NCBI GenBank assembly: GCA_027340875.1
Contig: DAIENX010000105.1
Span: 1-42,866, forward strand
Direction: 5' to 3'
DNA from: Elusimicrobiota bacterium
GTDB lineage: Bacteria; Elusimicrobiota; Elusimicrobia; Elusimicrobiales; UBA9959
Length of the DNA: 42,866 nt
The number at the start of each line of letters is the position of its first letter. Position 1 is the stretch's first letter. A program made the translations under genes and the position numbers. The notes below the pieces were generated by a model that saw only the letters and a program-made list of their open reading frames with translations, was not told the origin of the DNA and did no database searches. Of the stretch, positions 29,501 to 37,546 are shown piece by piece.

Positions 29501-31406
29501 TCTGAGGCTGGCCGCCGGGGCGGCGGGCCTCGGCATCTGGGACTGGGACATCCCGGCGGACAGGCTTACGTGGGACGACAGGATGTTCGAACTGTACGGC
29601 GTCCGGCGCGAGGATTTCAAAGGCGCCTACGAGGCCTGGTTCGGCGGAGTGCACCCGGAGGACCGGGAGCGCTGCGACGAAGCCCTCCGGCTGGCCCTCT
29701 CCGGGGATAGGAAATACGACATCGAGTTCCGGGTGCGCTGGCCGGACGGCGCCGTCAGGGAGATAAAGGCGGACGGGGAAGTGTACAGGGACGGCTCCGG
29801 GAAGCCGGTGCGCATGGTGGGCGTGAACCGGGACATCACGGAGAGCAGGACGGCCGAAAAACTGGTGCTCGCCGAGAAGCTCAAGGCGGAATCCTACCTG
29901 GAGATAATCGGCGTCATCATGCTGGCCCTCGAGCCGGACCAGACCATCTCCCTGGTCAACCGCAAATGCTGCGAGATGCTCGGTTATTCCCGGGAGGAAT
30001 TGATAGGCCGGAACTGGTTCGAGGTCGCCATACCGGAGGAGCAGCGCGCGGCCGTAAAGGAGGTGTTCCATAAGATCATCTCCGGCGACCTCGCGCCGGT
30101 GGAACATTACGAGAACGACGTGGTGACCAAGAGCGGGGAGCGCCGGACCATAGCCTGGACCAATGCCATGCGCACGGACCCGGACGGCCGCGTAACGGGC
30201 CTGCTGACCTCCGGAGAGGACGTGACCGAGCGCAGGCGCATGGAGGGCGAGCTGCGCGAACTGGCGCGGCAGCGGCAGCTGGCCCTGGACGCGGCCAGAC
30301 TGGGCTGGTGGTCCTACGATCCCGTGTCCAGCGTATCCACCTACGACGACGGTTATAAAAGGATATTCGAGGTGAACGGCCACAGCAAGCCTAACGACGA
30401 GATACTGAAGCTCCTCCATCCGGAAGACCTGCCCGGGGTCTGGACGAAGGTGCAGGCCGCGCTGGACCCCGCCGACCCCAGGCCTTACAGGGCCGAGTAC
30501 CGGGTGGTCATGCCCGGCGGCGCCGTAAAATGGGTGGAGGCGTACGGGGCGGCGGTGTTCAAGGGCGAAGGTCCGGAAAGACGCGCGGTGGATTTCGTCG
30601 GCACCGTGGCGGATATCACCGAGCGCAAGCTGGCCGAATCGCGCCTGCAGGAATTCGCCGCCAGCCTGGCGGACAAGAACAAGGAGCTGGAGGATTTCCT
30701 CTACGTGGCCTCCCACGACCTGCGCGGCCCGCTGGTCAACGTGCAGGGCTTCTCGCAGAACATCAAGAAATACTGCGTAGAAATGGCCGCCGAGCTGAAA
30801 CCGCAGGAGGGAAGCAAAGCCTGGGATATCATGAAAAGGAAGGTGCCGGAGGCCCTGGACTTCCTGCTGGGAGGCGCTTCCCGCATGGACGCGCTCATCA
30901 GCGCGCTGCTCAAGGTCTCGCGGCTGGGGCGCGCGGAACTGCGCCCCGAACGCGTGGACATGGGCAAGCTGATCTCCGAGATAGACGCCGCGCTGTCCTA
31001 CCAGCTGGCCGGAACGGGGGGAAGGATAAAAGCCGGTCCGCTGCCGCCTTGCCAGGGGGACAGGCTACAGCTCTCGCAGGTCTTCTACAACCTGGCGGAC
31101 AACGCGCTGAAATACAGGGAACCGGGCCGCCCGCCGGTCATAGAGATAGCCGGTGAACCGGAGGACGGCGGTTTTGTAAGATATACCGTGTCCGACAACG
31201 GCCGGGGGCTGACCCAGGAGGAGGCGGACGGGAAGATCTGGAGCCTGTTCTACCGCTCGGAGAGCAGCGGCGACGTGGAGGGGGAAGGGATAGGCCTCAC
31301 CTCGGCCAAGCGCATAGTCGAGCGGCACGGCGGCTCCATAGCCGCCTCGCGCAACGCGGAGGGCGGAACCACTTTCACGATCAGGCTTAAGGCAGAAAGG
31401 GGATGA
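26580..31406 (+). CDS. Large sensor kinase: periplasmic Cache-like domain, 8 PAS domains, HisKA-HATPase
   Basis: Two TMs around a domain containing DYRG..VL; eight repeats ending D(I/V/L)(T/S)E; SHDLRGPL H-box; GEGIGL. Confidence 0.92.
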   Translation: MAELHPDQGLLRFKRRLWVLLALFSAGIVAGGVIYHADFRGAVVREKSDLLTSIGRTKTADLVYWREQREQSLASLVDSPILGGYLEQVAAGQAGSEQLRLLSGRLAAFAKNNHYASAYLSSSDGKVLLGAGLARKRVCPGAMALLKRMGDSKAPFIGDLELDEGGQPAIHGAILAAWAGGRKTYLVITIDPYVYLYPFMRTWPTGSASAETLLVRRDGDYVLFLNDLKHIRHTGLRFRIPMSNETLPAAAGLRGFSGVMRGVDYRGVKVLAYVSRVPGTDWVIISKEDEAEIFSGLHRTTSILFALVLALLAGGGVLVYSLVMRREAEYVSGLGEAEARFTRLYSQMLDSYAYVDMAGHIMECNAAFEQLTGYTLDELRRLSYSDITPEKWRQAEKRIVEEIISKGAYGLYEKEYRRKDGTIVPVELRTVLDRDGAGRPVGIWTIIRDLSERKKAELALAGSEEQFRLMFEEHNAVMLLIDPASGEVVKANKAAEEFYGYPKASMVGMNIAKMNGLERAEIAEMHGKILRGEQNLFTLLHRLADGSGRTVEVRSSSIPSGGRELNFEIIHDITERERAVERLRASETALKEAQRLAKIGNWELDIASNGLRWSEEIFSIFEIDPSRFGASYAAFLDAIHPDDREEVNKAYTDSLKNRTRYNITHRLLMKDGRVKHVNEVCETFYDPAGKPLRSVGTVQDITERKTAEEKIRESELALREAQRVARIGSWDWDAGTDTITWSPEYYRIFGFDPTMKPPGYKEHLKVYTAESAARLDAAVKRNMKTGEPYVLDLELVNPKNGTRWITARSETKRDDKGRITGLRGTAQDITERKLAERTLQETLFFLNESQNAACIGSYTTDFGKGRWESSEGLDKIFGIGPDYDRSVEGWMSMVHPDDRARMEKYLWEEVIGKRKDFDREYRITRVSDGKTRWVHGRGAMTFGPGGSPLRMIGTIQDITERRAAETERAVLLERLRLAAGAAGLGIWDWDIPADRLTWDDRMFELYGVRREDFKGAYEAWFGGVHPEDRERCDEALRLALSGDRKYDIEFRVRWPDGAVREIKADGEVYRDGSGKPVRMVGVNRDITESRTAEKLVLAEKLKAESYLEIIGVIMLALEPDQTISLVNRKCCEMLGYSREELIGRNWFEVAIPEEQRAAVKEVFHKIISGDLAPVEHYENDVVTKSGERRTIAWTNAMRTDPDGRVTGLLTSGEDVTERRRMEGELRELARQRQLALDAARLGWWSYDPVSSVSTYDDGYKRIFEVNGHSKPNDEILKLLHPEDLPGVWTKVQAALDPADPRPYRAEYRVVMPGGAVKWVEAYGAAVFKGEGPERRAVDFVGTVADITERKLAESRLQEFAASLADKNKELEDFLYVASHDLRGPLVNVQGFSQNIKKYCVEMAAELKPQEGSKAWDIMKRKVPEALDFLLGGASRMDALISALLKVSRLGRAELRPERVDMGKLISEIDAALSYQLAGTGGRIKAGPLPPCQGDRLQLSQVFYNLADNALKYREPGRPPVIEIAGEPEDGGFVRYTVSDNGRGLTQEEADGKIWSLFYRSESSGDVEGEGIGLTSAKRIVERHGGSIAASRNAEGGTTFTIRLKAERG

Positions 31407-31861
31407 GAATGGAGAACATGAAGAACGATGTTCCGGTCACCATAGTGATAGCCGAGGACGACGACGGGCACGCCAGGCTCATAGCCGAGCAGCTGGAGGA
31501 GTCTGGCGTCAACAACCCGACGATAAGGCTGAAGGACGGACAGGAGACGCTGGACTTCTTCTTCCGGGAGGGGAAAGGCCGGAAGGCGGAGGAGAACCAG
31601 GGCTACCTGCTGCTGCTGGACATAAAGATGCCCAAGGTGGACGGGATCGCCGTGCTGAAGCGGCTGAAACGCGACGAGGACCTTAAAATGCTGCCTATCA
31701 TAATGCTGACCACCACCGACGACCCGCGGGATGTGGAAGCCTGCTACCGGGCCGGTTGCAACAACTACCTGACCAAACCCGTCGCCTTCGCCAGGTTCGC
31801 GGAGATCGTCAAGCGGCTCGGGCTCTTTATTTCCATAGTCAAAGTAGCCAGGATACAGTAG
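31403..31861 (+). CDS. Single-domain response regulator (Rcp1-like)
   Basis: IAEDD, LLDIKMP, LTTT, YLTKP; overlaps the kinase stop. The start could be 31418. Confidence 0.9.
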   Translation: MRMENMKNDVPVTIVIAEDDDGHARLIAEQLEESGVNNPTIRLKDGQETLDFFFREGKGRKAEENQGYLLLLDIKMPKVDGIAVLKRLKRDEDLKMLPIIMLTTTDDPRDVEACYRAGCNNYLTKPVAFARFAEIVKRLGLFISIVKVARIQ

Positions 31862-31886
31862 CCGGCGCGCCGGCGACCACAGCGAT

Positions 31887-32576
31887 ATGCCGCACAAGAA
31901 GATACTTCTGGTAGAGGACGACGCGCAGATGATGGCCGTCATGCGCCGTTATCTTGAGAACCACGACTACTCCGTGATATTCACCGACAATGGCAGCGAG
32001 GCGCTCATCATGGCCCGCGACTCCAGGCCGGACCTGGTGATAGCGGATGCCGGGCTCCCGGGCCTGGACGGCTTCGAGCTCTGCCGCTCGCTGAAGGGCT
32101 CCCCGGCCACCGCAGCGATGCCCGTCATAATCATCTCCGGGGGGCGCACGGGGAACGAGGACATAGTGGAGGGGTACGGGCGGGGGGCCGACGATTACCT
32201 GACCAAGCCGTTCGCCTATCCGGTGCTGATGGCCAAGATAGGTGCGGTGCTCAGACGCTACGAGGGGGCGCCGGCGGCCGCCACGCTGCGCGAGAAGGGG
32301 CTGGAACTCGACCCGGCGGCCAGAACGGTCCGGGTTTCCGGGAAGCCGGCGCAGCTGACGCGCAAGGAGTTCGACCTGCTGGCGCTGCTGCTGGAGAAGA
32401 AAGGGCGGGTGCTGGGCGTGCCGTACCTGCTGGAAACGGTCTGGGGCTATGACATGGCCTCCTACGATAATCCCCATACGGTCGAGACGCATATCTCGTC
32501 GCTAAGGAAGAAGCTGGGCCATAAGCTAGGCGCGCGCATACACAGCGTCACCGGGCACGGTTACAAGTTCGAATAA
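31887..32576 (+). CDS. OmpR-family DNA-binding response regulator
   Basis: Receiver plus winged helix (LTRKEFDLL, VWG, TVETHISSLRKKL, V.G.GY). Confidence 0.93.
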   Translation: MPHKKILLVEDDAQMMAVMRRYLENHDYSVIFTDNGSEALIMARDSRPDLVIADAGLPGLDGFELCRSLKGSPATAAMPVIIISGGRTGNEDIVEGYGRGADDYLTKPFAYPVLMAKIGAVLRRYEGAPAAATLREKGLELDPAARTVRVSGKPAQLTRKEFDLLALLLEKKGRVLGVPYLLETVWGYDMASYDNPHTVETHISSLRKKLGHKLGARIHSVTGHGYKFE

Positions 32577-32586
32577 GGAAGACGAC

Positions 32587-33711
32587 ATGGGAACGGACAA
32601 CGGCGAACGGGACGAGAAGCCGGCCGACGCGGCCATCGAGAACAAGATGGAAGCGCTCTCGCGGCTGGCGGGCGGCGTGGCCCACGACATGAACAACATA
32701 CTGGGCGCCATAGAAGGCTATGCCACGCTCTCGCAGCGCGGCCTGGACCCCTCGGAGCCGCTGCGTGCCGACCTGGAGGAGATCCGCAAGGCCGTGGCCA
32801 AGGGCTCGGCGCTGATGAAAAAACTGCTCTCCTTCAGCCGGCGCCAGGCGCTGAACAAGTCTCCGCTCAAGGTCGACGACCTGCTGGCGGGCCTCGCCGC
32901 CAAAGGAGGAGAGGCCGCCGGTCCGTCGATAAGCGTAGAGTGCCGCGCCCGGCCCGGGCTGCCGGCGCTGGACGCGGATCCGCGGCTGCTGGAACGCCTG
33001 TTCATGAATCTGATACTGAACGCCAGGGACGCAATGCCATCCGGAGGGACTATCTCCGTGCGCGCGGAGGCGGCGGGGCCTTTTGTGAGGATATCGGTCT
33101 CGGACCAGGGGACCGGCATGCCGCCTTCGGTGAAAAAACATCTTTTCGAGCCTTTCTTCACCACCAAGGAGAAAGGGAAAGGGATAGGCCTGGGGCTGGC
33201 GGAAACCTACGGTATAGCCCGCCAGCACGGCGGCCGCATAGAGGCGAGCACGGCCGAGGGCAAAGGGTCGGTATTCTCCGTGCTGCTTCCCGCCGCCGGC
33301 GCGCCCGGGGTTTCCAGGGAGGCAGCCCCCTCGGCGGAGCCGGTTTCCCGCCGGGCCTCGGTGCTGGTAGTCGAGGACGACGAGGATCTGCGCAACATGG
33401 CGCTCAAGGCGCTTTCTTCGGCAGGCTTCCTGGTTTCCTCCGTCCCGGACCTGGCCGGGGCCTTCGCGGCGCTCAAAAAAGGCGGTTTCGACGTGATCTT
33501 CTCGGACATAATACTGCCTGACGGGGACGTGACGCTGGCCGTGCCCGAGATGCGCGCTCTGGCGCCGCGCGCCGCCTTCATCTTCACCAGCGGCTACATG
33601 CAGAGCGAGGCGGTCACCTCCTTCCTCAAGACCGGCGGTTACGCCTTCCTTATCAAGCCCTACGCCATAGACGCCCTGCTCGCGGCTATACGCCGCTGCC
33701 GCGGGATATGA
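32587..33711 (+). CDS. Hybrid histidine kinase lacking a sensor domain (HisKA-HATPase-REC)
   Basis: AHDMNN near the N-terminus; NARDAM, FFTTK, GLGL; C-terminal receiver. Confidence 0.88.
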   Translation: MGTDNGERDEKPADAAIENKMEALSRLAGGVAHDMNNILGAIEGYATLSQRGLDPSEPLRADLEEIRKAVAKGSALMKKLLSFSRRQALNKSPLKVDDLLAGLAAKGGEAAGPSISVECRARPGLPALDADPRLLERLFMNLILNARDAMPSGGTISVRAEAAGPFVRISVSDQGTGMPPSVKKHLFEPFFTTKEKGKGIGLGLAETYGIARQHGGRIEASTAEGKGSVFSVLLPAAGAPGVSREAAPSAEPVSRRASVLVVEDDEDLRNMALKALSSAGFLVSSVPDLAGAFAALKKGGFDVIFSDIILPDGDVTLAVPEMRALAPRAAFIFTSGYMQSEAVTSFLKTGGYAFLIKPYAIDALLAAIRRCRGI

Positions 33712-33778
33712 GGAATATCTGAGCATACCCTGAAGTTCAGCGTAGCCCCTCCTCCTATACTATAGGCGAGGAGGGGTT

Positions 33779-34603
33779 ATGAGCGCCATCATAAAAACAT
33801 TATCGGTACAGGTCTGCGCTGTCTTCGCCCTTGCGGCGGCAGCCAGCGCCTCGGACTATTCCGACCTGGCCGTGCGTCTGGCCGGAGCCGCAGCCGCCAA
33901 CGGCATAACGCGCGTGGCGCTTGCTCCTTTCACGGCTCTTTCCGCGACGCCTGCCGACGCGGAATACGCCAGGGAGAGGACCGCGGCGGGGCTTTCTTCC
34001 GCCAAGGAGCTCGTGGTGCTGGACCAGGTGGCGTTGGAAGCTTATTCCGGAGCTCGGGCCTGGAGCAAGCTGTCTTCCCGCGAGCGCCCGCAGGCCTTCG
34101 TTAAGGGGGCCCTGTTCCAGGCGGGAGAGGAGCTCACCCTGCTGGTCAAGCTGGTGGACGCGGCCAGCGGCCGCGTGCTGGCCACCGGAGAGCTGCGCTC
34201 CTTTGCGCGCTCCGGCGGCCTGCCCCCGGTACCGGACATGGACTGGAACGCCCCGCCCTCCACCGCCAGGGTGGCCGACGAGTTCAGGGACGCGCCTTCC
34301 GACGACGGCTTCAACTGCGCGGCCGCCTTCAAACATATGAACCGGATAAACGAGGCCGCTGTGGACCTCAAGGCCCGCTACTGGGCCGGCAAGATGAAGG
34401 AGCCGGGTTTCGTGCTCGGCAGCCTGTCGCGCAACCCCGGCAGCGAGATACGCGACAGGGGCTTGAGGGGGAAGTTCTATGAGCTCCTTTCCGCTTACCA
34501 CGAGAAGGAGGGGACGCCCGCGCTGCCGGAAGCGCAGCGGAAGAAGCTCGAGGAATTCATGGGCCGGGAGAGCGACGTGATAGACCGCTGCGGCAGCAGA
34601 TAG
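33779..34603 (+). CDS. Exported protein with an N-terminal FlgO/CsgG-like domain
   Basis: Signal peptide; RVALAPF ... G.L ... L.VKLVDA.SG.VLA pattern; uncharacterised C-terminus. Confidence 0.6.
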   Translation: MSAIIKTLSVQVCAVFALAAAASASDYSDLAVRLAGAAAANGITRVALAPFTALSATPADAEYARERTAAGLSSAKELVVLDQVALEAYSGARAWSKLSSRERPQAFVKGALFQAGEELTLLVKLVDAASGRVLATGELRSFARSGGLPPVPDMDWNAPPSTARVADEFRDAPSDDGFNCAAAFKHMNRINEAAVDLKARYWAGKMKEPGFVLGSLSRNPGSEIRDRGLRGKFYELLSAYHEKEGTPALPEAQRKKLEEFMGRESDVIDRCGSR

Positions 34604-34611
34604 GGGGGGAT

Positions 34612-35550
34612 ATGCAGAGAAAGATACTGCTGGCTGACGACGACAAGATGATGCAGGAGGTCGTCAGCAAGCTGCTGAACGCCAGGGGGTGGCAGGTAAG
34701 CACGGCGGACGACGGGCTCTGCGCGCTGGAGGAACTGGCGCGGCAGGTGCCGGACGTCATCCTGCTGGACCTCAACATGCCGCGCCTCTGCGGCCGCGAG
34801 CTGCTGGCCAGGCTGCGGCGGGACCCCCGCACGGCCCTGGTGCCGGTGATAATACTGAGCGGGGATAACAGCCCGCAGGAGAAGGCCGCCGAGTTCGACA
34901 TCGGCGCCGACGACTATATCTGCAAGCCGTTCGACGTGGGCGAGCTCGCCTCCCGTATAGAAGGGGCGGCCAGGCGGGCGCGCCGCCTGCTCGCCGCGAA
35001 TCCCCTGACGCTGCTCCCGGGCGGGCCGGCCATAGAGGAGGAGGCGGGGGCGCGCATAGCTTCGGGCGCGCCGCTGGCCTTCTTCTACGTGGACATAGAC
35101 AATTTCAAGGCCTATAACGACAATTACGGCTACCTCAAGGGGGACGCGGCCATCAGGAAGGTCGCCGGCCTGTTGACGGAAGTGCAGAGCGATCTGCGCG
35201 GCGAGGACATTTTCGTCGGGCATATCGGGGGGGACGACTTCGTGCTGATGTGCGCCCCGGACAGGGCGGAGGCGATAGCCGGAGAGGTGGCCTCGCGGTT
35301 CGACAGGCTGGTGCAGGACCTCTACTCGGACGAGGATGCGGAGAGGGGCTACATAACCGCGAAGGACCGCTCCGGGCTGGAGCGCTGCTTCCCGCTGATG
35401 TCGCTGTCGATCGCCATAGCCACCAACGAGCAGCGCAGGCTGGACCACTACGCCAAGATTGCGGACATAGCGGCCGAGATCAAGAAGTTCCTTAAAGGCC
35501 GTCCCGGCAAGGGCGGGAGCGCCTTCCTGAAGGACCGGCGCAGGGACTAA
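34612..35550 (+). CDS. REC-GGDEF dinucleotide cyclase (GGDDF variant)
   Basis: Receiver, then NPLT.LPG, DIDNFKAYNDNYGYLKGD, GHIGGDDF. Confidence 0.92.
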   Translation: MQRKILLADDDKMMQEVVSKLLNARGWQVSTADDGLCALEELARQVPDVILLDLNMPRLCGRELLARLRRDPRTALVPVIILSGDNSPQEKAAEFDIGADDYICKPFDVGELASRIEGAARRARRLLAANPLTLLPGGPAIEEEAGARIASGAPLAFFYVDIDNFKAYNDNYGYLKGDAAIRKVAGLLTEVQSDLRGEDIFVGHIGGDDFVLMCAPDRAEAIAGEVASRFDRLVQDLYSDEDAERGYITAKDRSGLERCFPLMSLSIAIATNEQRRLDHYAKIADIAAEIKKFLKGRPGKGGSAFLKDRRRD

Positions 35551-35603
35551 TGATCTGTGTAGGGCGGGAAGGGAGGTTTTTATTCTATAATCAGAAGGTA
35601 GAT

Positions 35604-36353
35604 ATGGCCAAGGTCCTGATAATAGAGGACGACGGCATAGTGCGCGACGCGCTTTCCGTCTTCCTGATGCGCGGCGGCCACCAGGTGGTGACGGCCGCCG
35701 ACGGCGTCGCCGGCGTGGAGGCTTTCAAGGCCGAAATGCCGGACCTGGTGATACTCGACCGGGCCCTGCCCCGGCTTTCCGGCTCCGGCGTGTTCGAGGA
35801 GATCCATAAGGCGGGTCCGGACGTGCCGGTGATCGTGCTCACCGGCCACGACGACCCGGAGGAAGGCCGCATCTACCTCAAGCACGGCGCGGCGGCCTTC
35901 CTTTCCAAAGGCGACGGCCTGTCCAGCGTGCTGGACGAGATAGACAAGTTCATAGCTCCGCCGCCAGCCCCCCGGGTGCAGGCCCGCGTGCTGATAGCCG
36001 AGGACGACGAGGCGATGCTGGGAGTGCTGAAACGCTGCCTGTCGGCCGCCGGCTATTCCGTGATCACCGCCGCCGACGGCATCCAGGCGGAAAGACTGGC
36101 GCTGGAGCACAAGCCGGATATAATACTCCTGGACATCTTCATGCCGGGCAAGAACGGAGTGCAGGTGCTGGAGACATTGTCCCGGGAGCTGCCGTCCGCC
36201 GGCATCCTGATGATAAGCGGCAACGAGGACGAGGAAATAGCCAGGGACTGCCTGCAGAAGGGGGCCTTCGACTATATCCCGAAGCCTCCGGGCCTGGACT
36301 CCCTGGAGAACATCATCCGGAACAGGCTGTTCCTGCAGCGCGGCTGCCGTTGA
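35604..36353 (+). CDS. Tandem REC-REC response regulator
   Basis: Two receivers (ILDRALP and LLDIFMP). ATG 35604 follows TATAAT and an SD. Confidence 0.88.
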   Translation: MAKVLIIEDDGIVRDALSVFLMRGGHQVVTAADGVAGVEAFKAEMPDLVILDRALPRLSGSGVFEEIHKAGPDVPVIVLTGHDDPEEGRIYLKHGAAAFLSKGDGLSSVLDEIDKFIAPPPAPRVQARVLIAEDDEAMLGVLKRCLSAAGYSVITAADGIQAERLALEHKPDIILLDIFMPGKNGVQVLETLSRELPSAGILMISGNEDEEIARDCLQKGAFDYIPKPPGLDSLENIIRNRLFLQRGCR

Positions 36354-36426
36354 CGGCGCCGGGGCGGGGGCCCCGGGGGAATGAACGGGGCCGGGACCGC
36401 CTCCCAGACCTGCAAGAGTGCCGTTG

Positions 36427-36450
36427 TGCCCCGGCTAAATAGCCGGGGCA
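36427..36450. terminator. Hairpin between convergent genes, probable terminator
   Basis: tgccccggct-aaat-agccggggca, perfect 10-bp stem; weak U-tracts. Confidence 0.5.
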
Positions 36451-36461
36451 GGTCCTTACAA

Positions 36462-36809
36462 CTACGCGAGCGCCCTGGCGACGGCGGCCATGAACGCGTC
36501 CACGTCCAGCGGTTTCGCGAAGCAGGCCGCCGGCAATCGTTCGGCGGCCACGCCGTGCATGGACCCCGTCACCAGCAGGCTTCTGGCCCCGGCGCGTTTT
36601 TTCTCGAAGAGCCTGATCAGGTCCGTGCCGAGGCCGTCCCCCAGCAGCAGGTCGGTAATGAGCAGGTCGTAGTCGTTGGCGGCCACGAGCCAGGCGGCTT
36701 CGGCGAAGCTGGCGGCGAGCGATACTGCGTAGCCGGTTCCTGAAAATAGCCGCGCGTAGACGCCGAGCATGGCTTCGTCGTCGTCGGCTACGAGTATGTT
36801 TGCGGGCAT
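36462..36809 (-). CDS. Single-domain response regulator
   Basis: ILVADDD, ITDLLL, VTGS, FAKP; SD upstream. Confidence 0.85.
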   Translation of the reverse strand: MPANILVADDDEAMLGVYARLFSGTGYAVSLAASFAEAAWLVAANDYDLLITDLLLGDGLGTDLIRLFEKKRAGARSLLVTGSMHGVAAERLPAACFAKPLDVDAFMAAVARALA

Positions 36810-36896
36810 ACTGTCTCCCCCTTGCCCCGTAAATACCCCACCCGGCTGCGCCCCCCTTCCGGATGAAAGTGTACTATAAGCCGAGAAGGAACGACA

Positions 36897-36954
36897 TAGA
36901 CCAGAGGTCCAGATATTTCTAAAAATTAGACCTCTGGATTATGGGAGACCTCTG
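36897..36954. promoter_or_regulatory. Cluster of three GACCTCTG operator-like motifs
   Basis: One inverted copy at 36902-36909 and direct copies at 36929-36936 and 36947-36954, in an AT-rich divergent spacer. Confidence 0.55.
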
Positions 36955-37177
36955 AAATATATCCTAAAGTCTCATGGAGGGGTTCACTTCATCCGGACTG
37001 CTTCCGAAAGACCCGCGTGCCGCCAGGCTGCGCAAGTGTTGCAGCTTTAAGACGAGGCGCCTGCGGGCCGCTCCGTCCACGCCGGAGATGATCTGAGCCA
37101 GATCTGAGCGGCCCATGAGTTTTACCTTAGTTCCGCGGGCTATGGTATTGCACGGGCGGGACCGGAGAAGGACCTGT

Positions 37178-37534
37178 ATGAGGAAGGATATTTATGCCGT
37201 TCTTGCGAAGCAGCTGCGTCTGAAACGGCTGCAGGCCGGGCTCACTATAGAGGACCTGGCGGACGCCGCGGGAATAAGCGCGAGCTTCCTGGCGTACCTT
37301 GAAGCGGAGAGGAAGAAACCCAGCCTTGCCACCGTCGCGAGTATATCCGCGGCGCTGGACGTTCCGGTATCGGAACTGCTCAACGAGAGAACGCTCCCGC
37401 AGGGCGGCGGCGAAGAACAGAAGGTCCTGGCCAGGCTCCTGAGATTGCTGCGGGGCCAGAGCCGGGAGAACATGGAGATCATCCTGTCCGCGGCGGACGT
37501 TCTCGCCAAAAAGCTTTCCGGAAAACGAACCTGA
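37178..37534 (+). CDS. XRE-family HTH transcriptional regulator
   Basis: LRLKRLQAGLTIEDLADAAGISASFLAYLE...PSL; SD precedes ATG 37178. Confidence 0.9.
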   Translation: MRKDIYAVLAKQLRLKRLQAGLTIEDLADAAGISASFLAYLEAERKKPSLATVASISAALDVPVSELLNERTLPQGGGEEQKVLARLLRLLRGQSRENMEIILSAADVLAKKLSGKRT

Positions 37535-37546
37535 CGGTGCGGCGGC

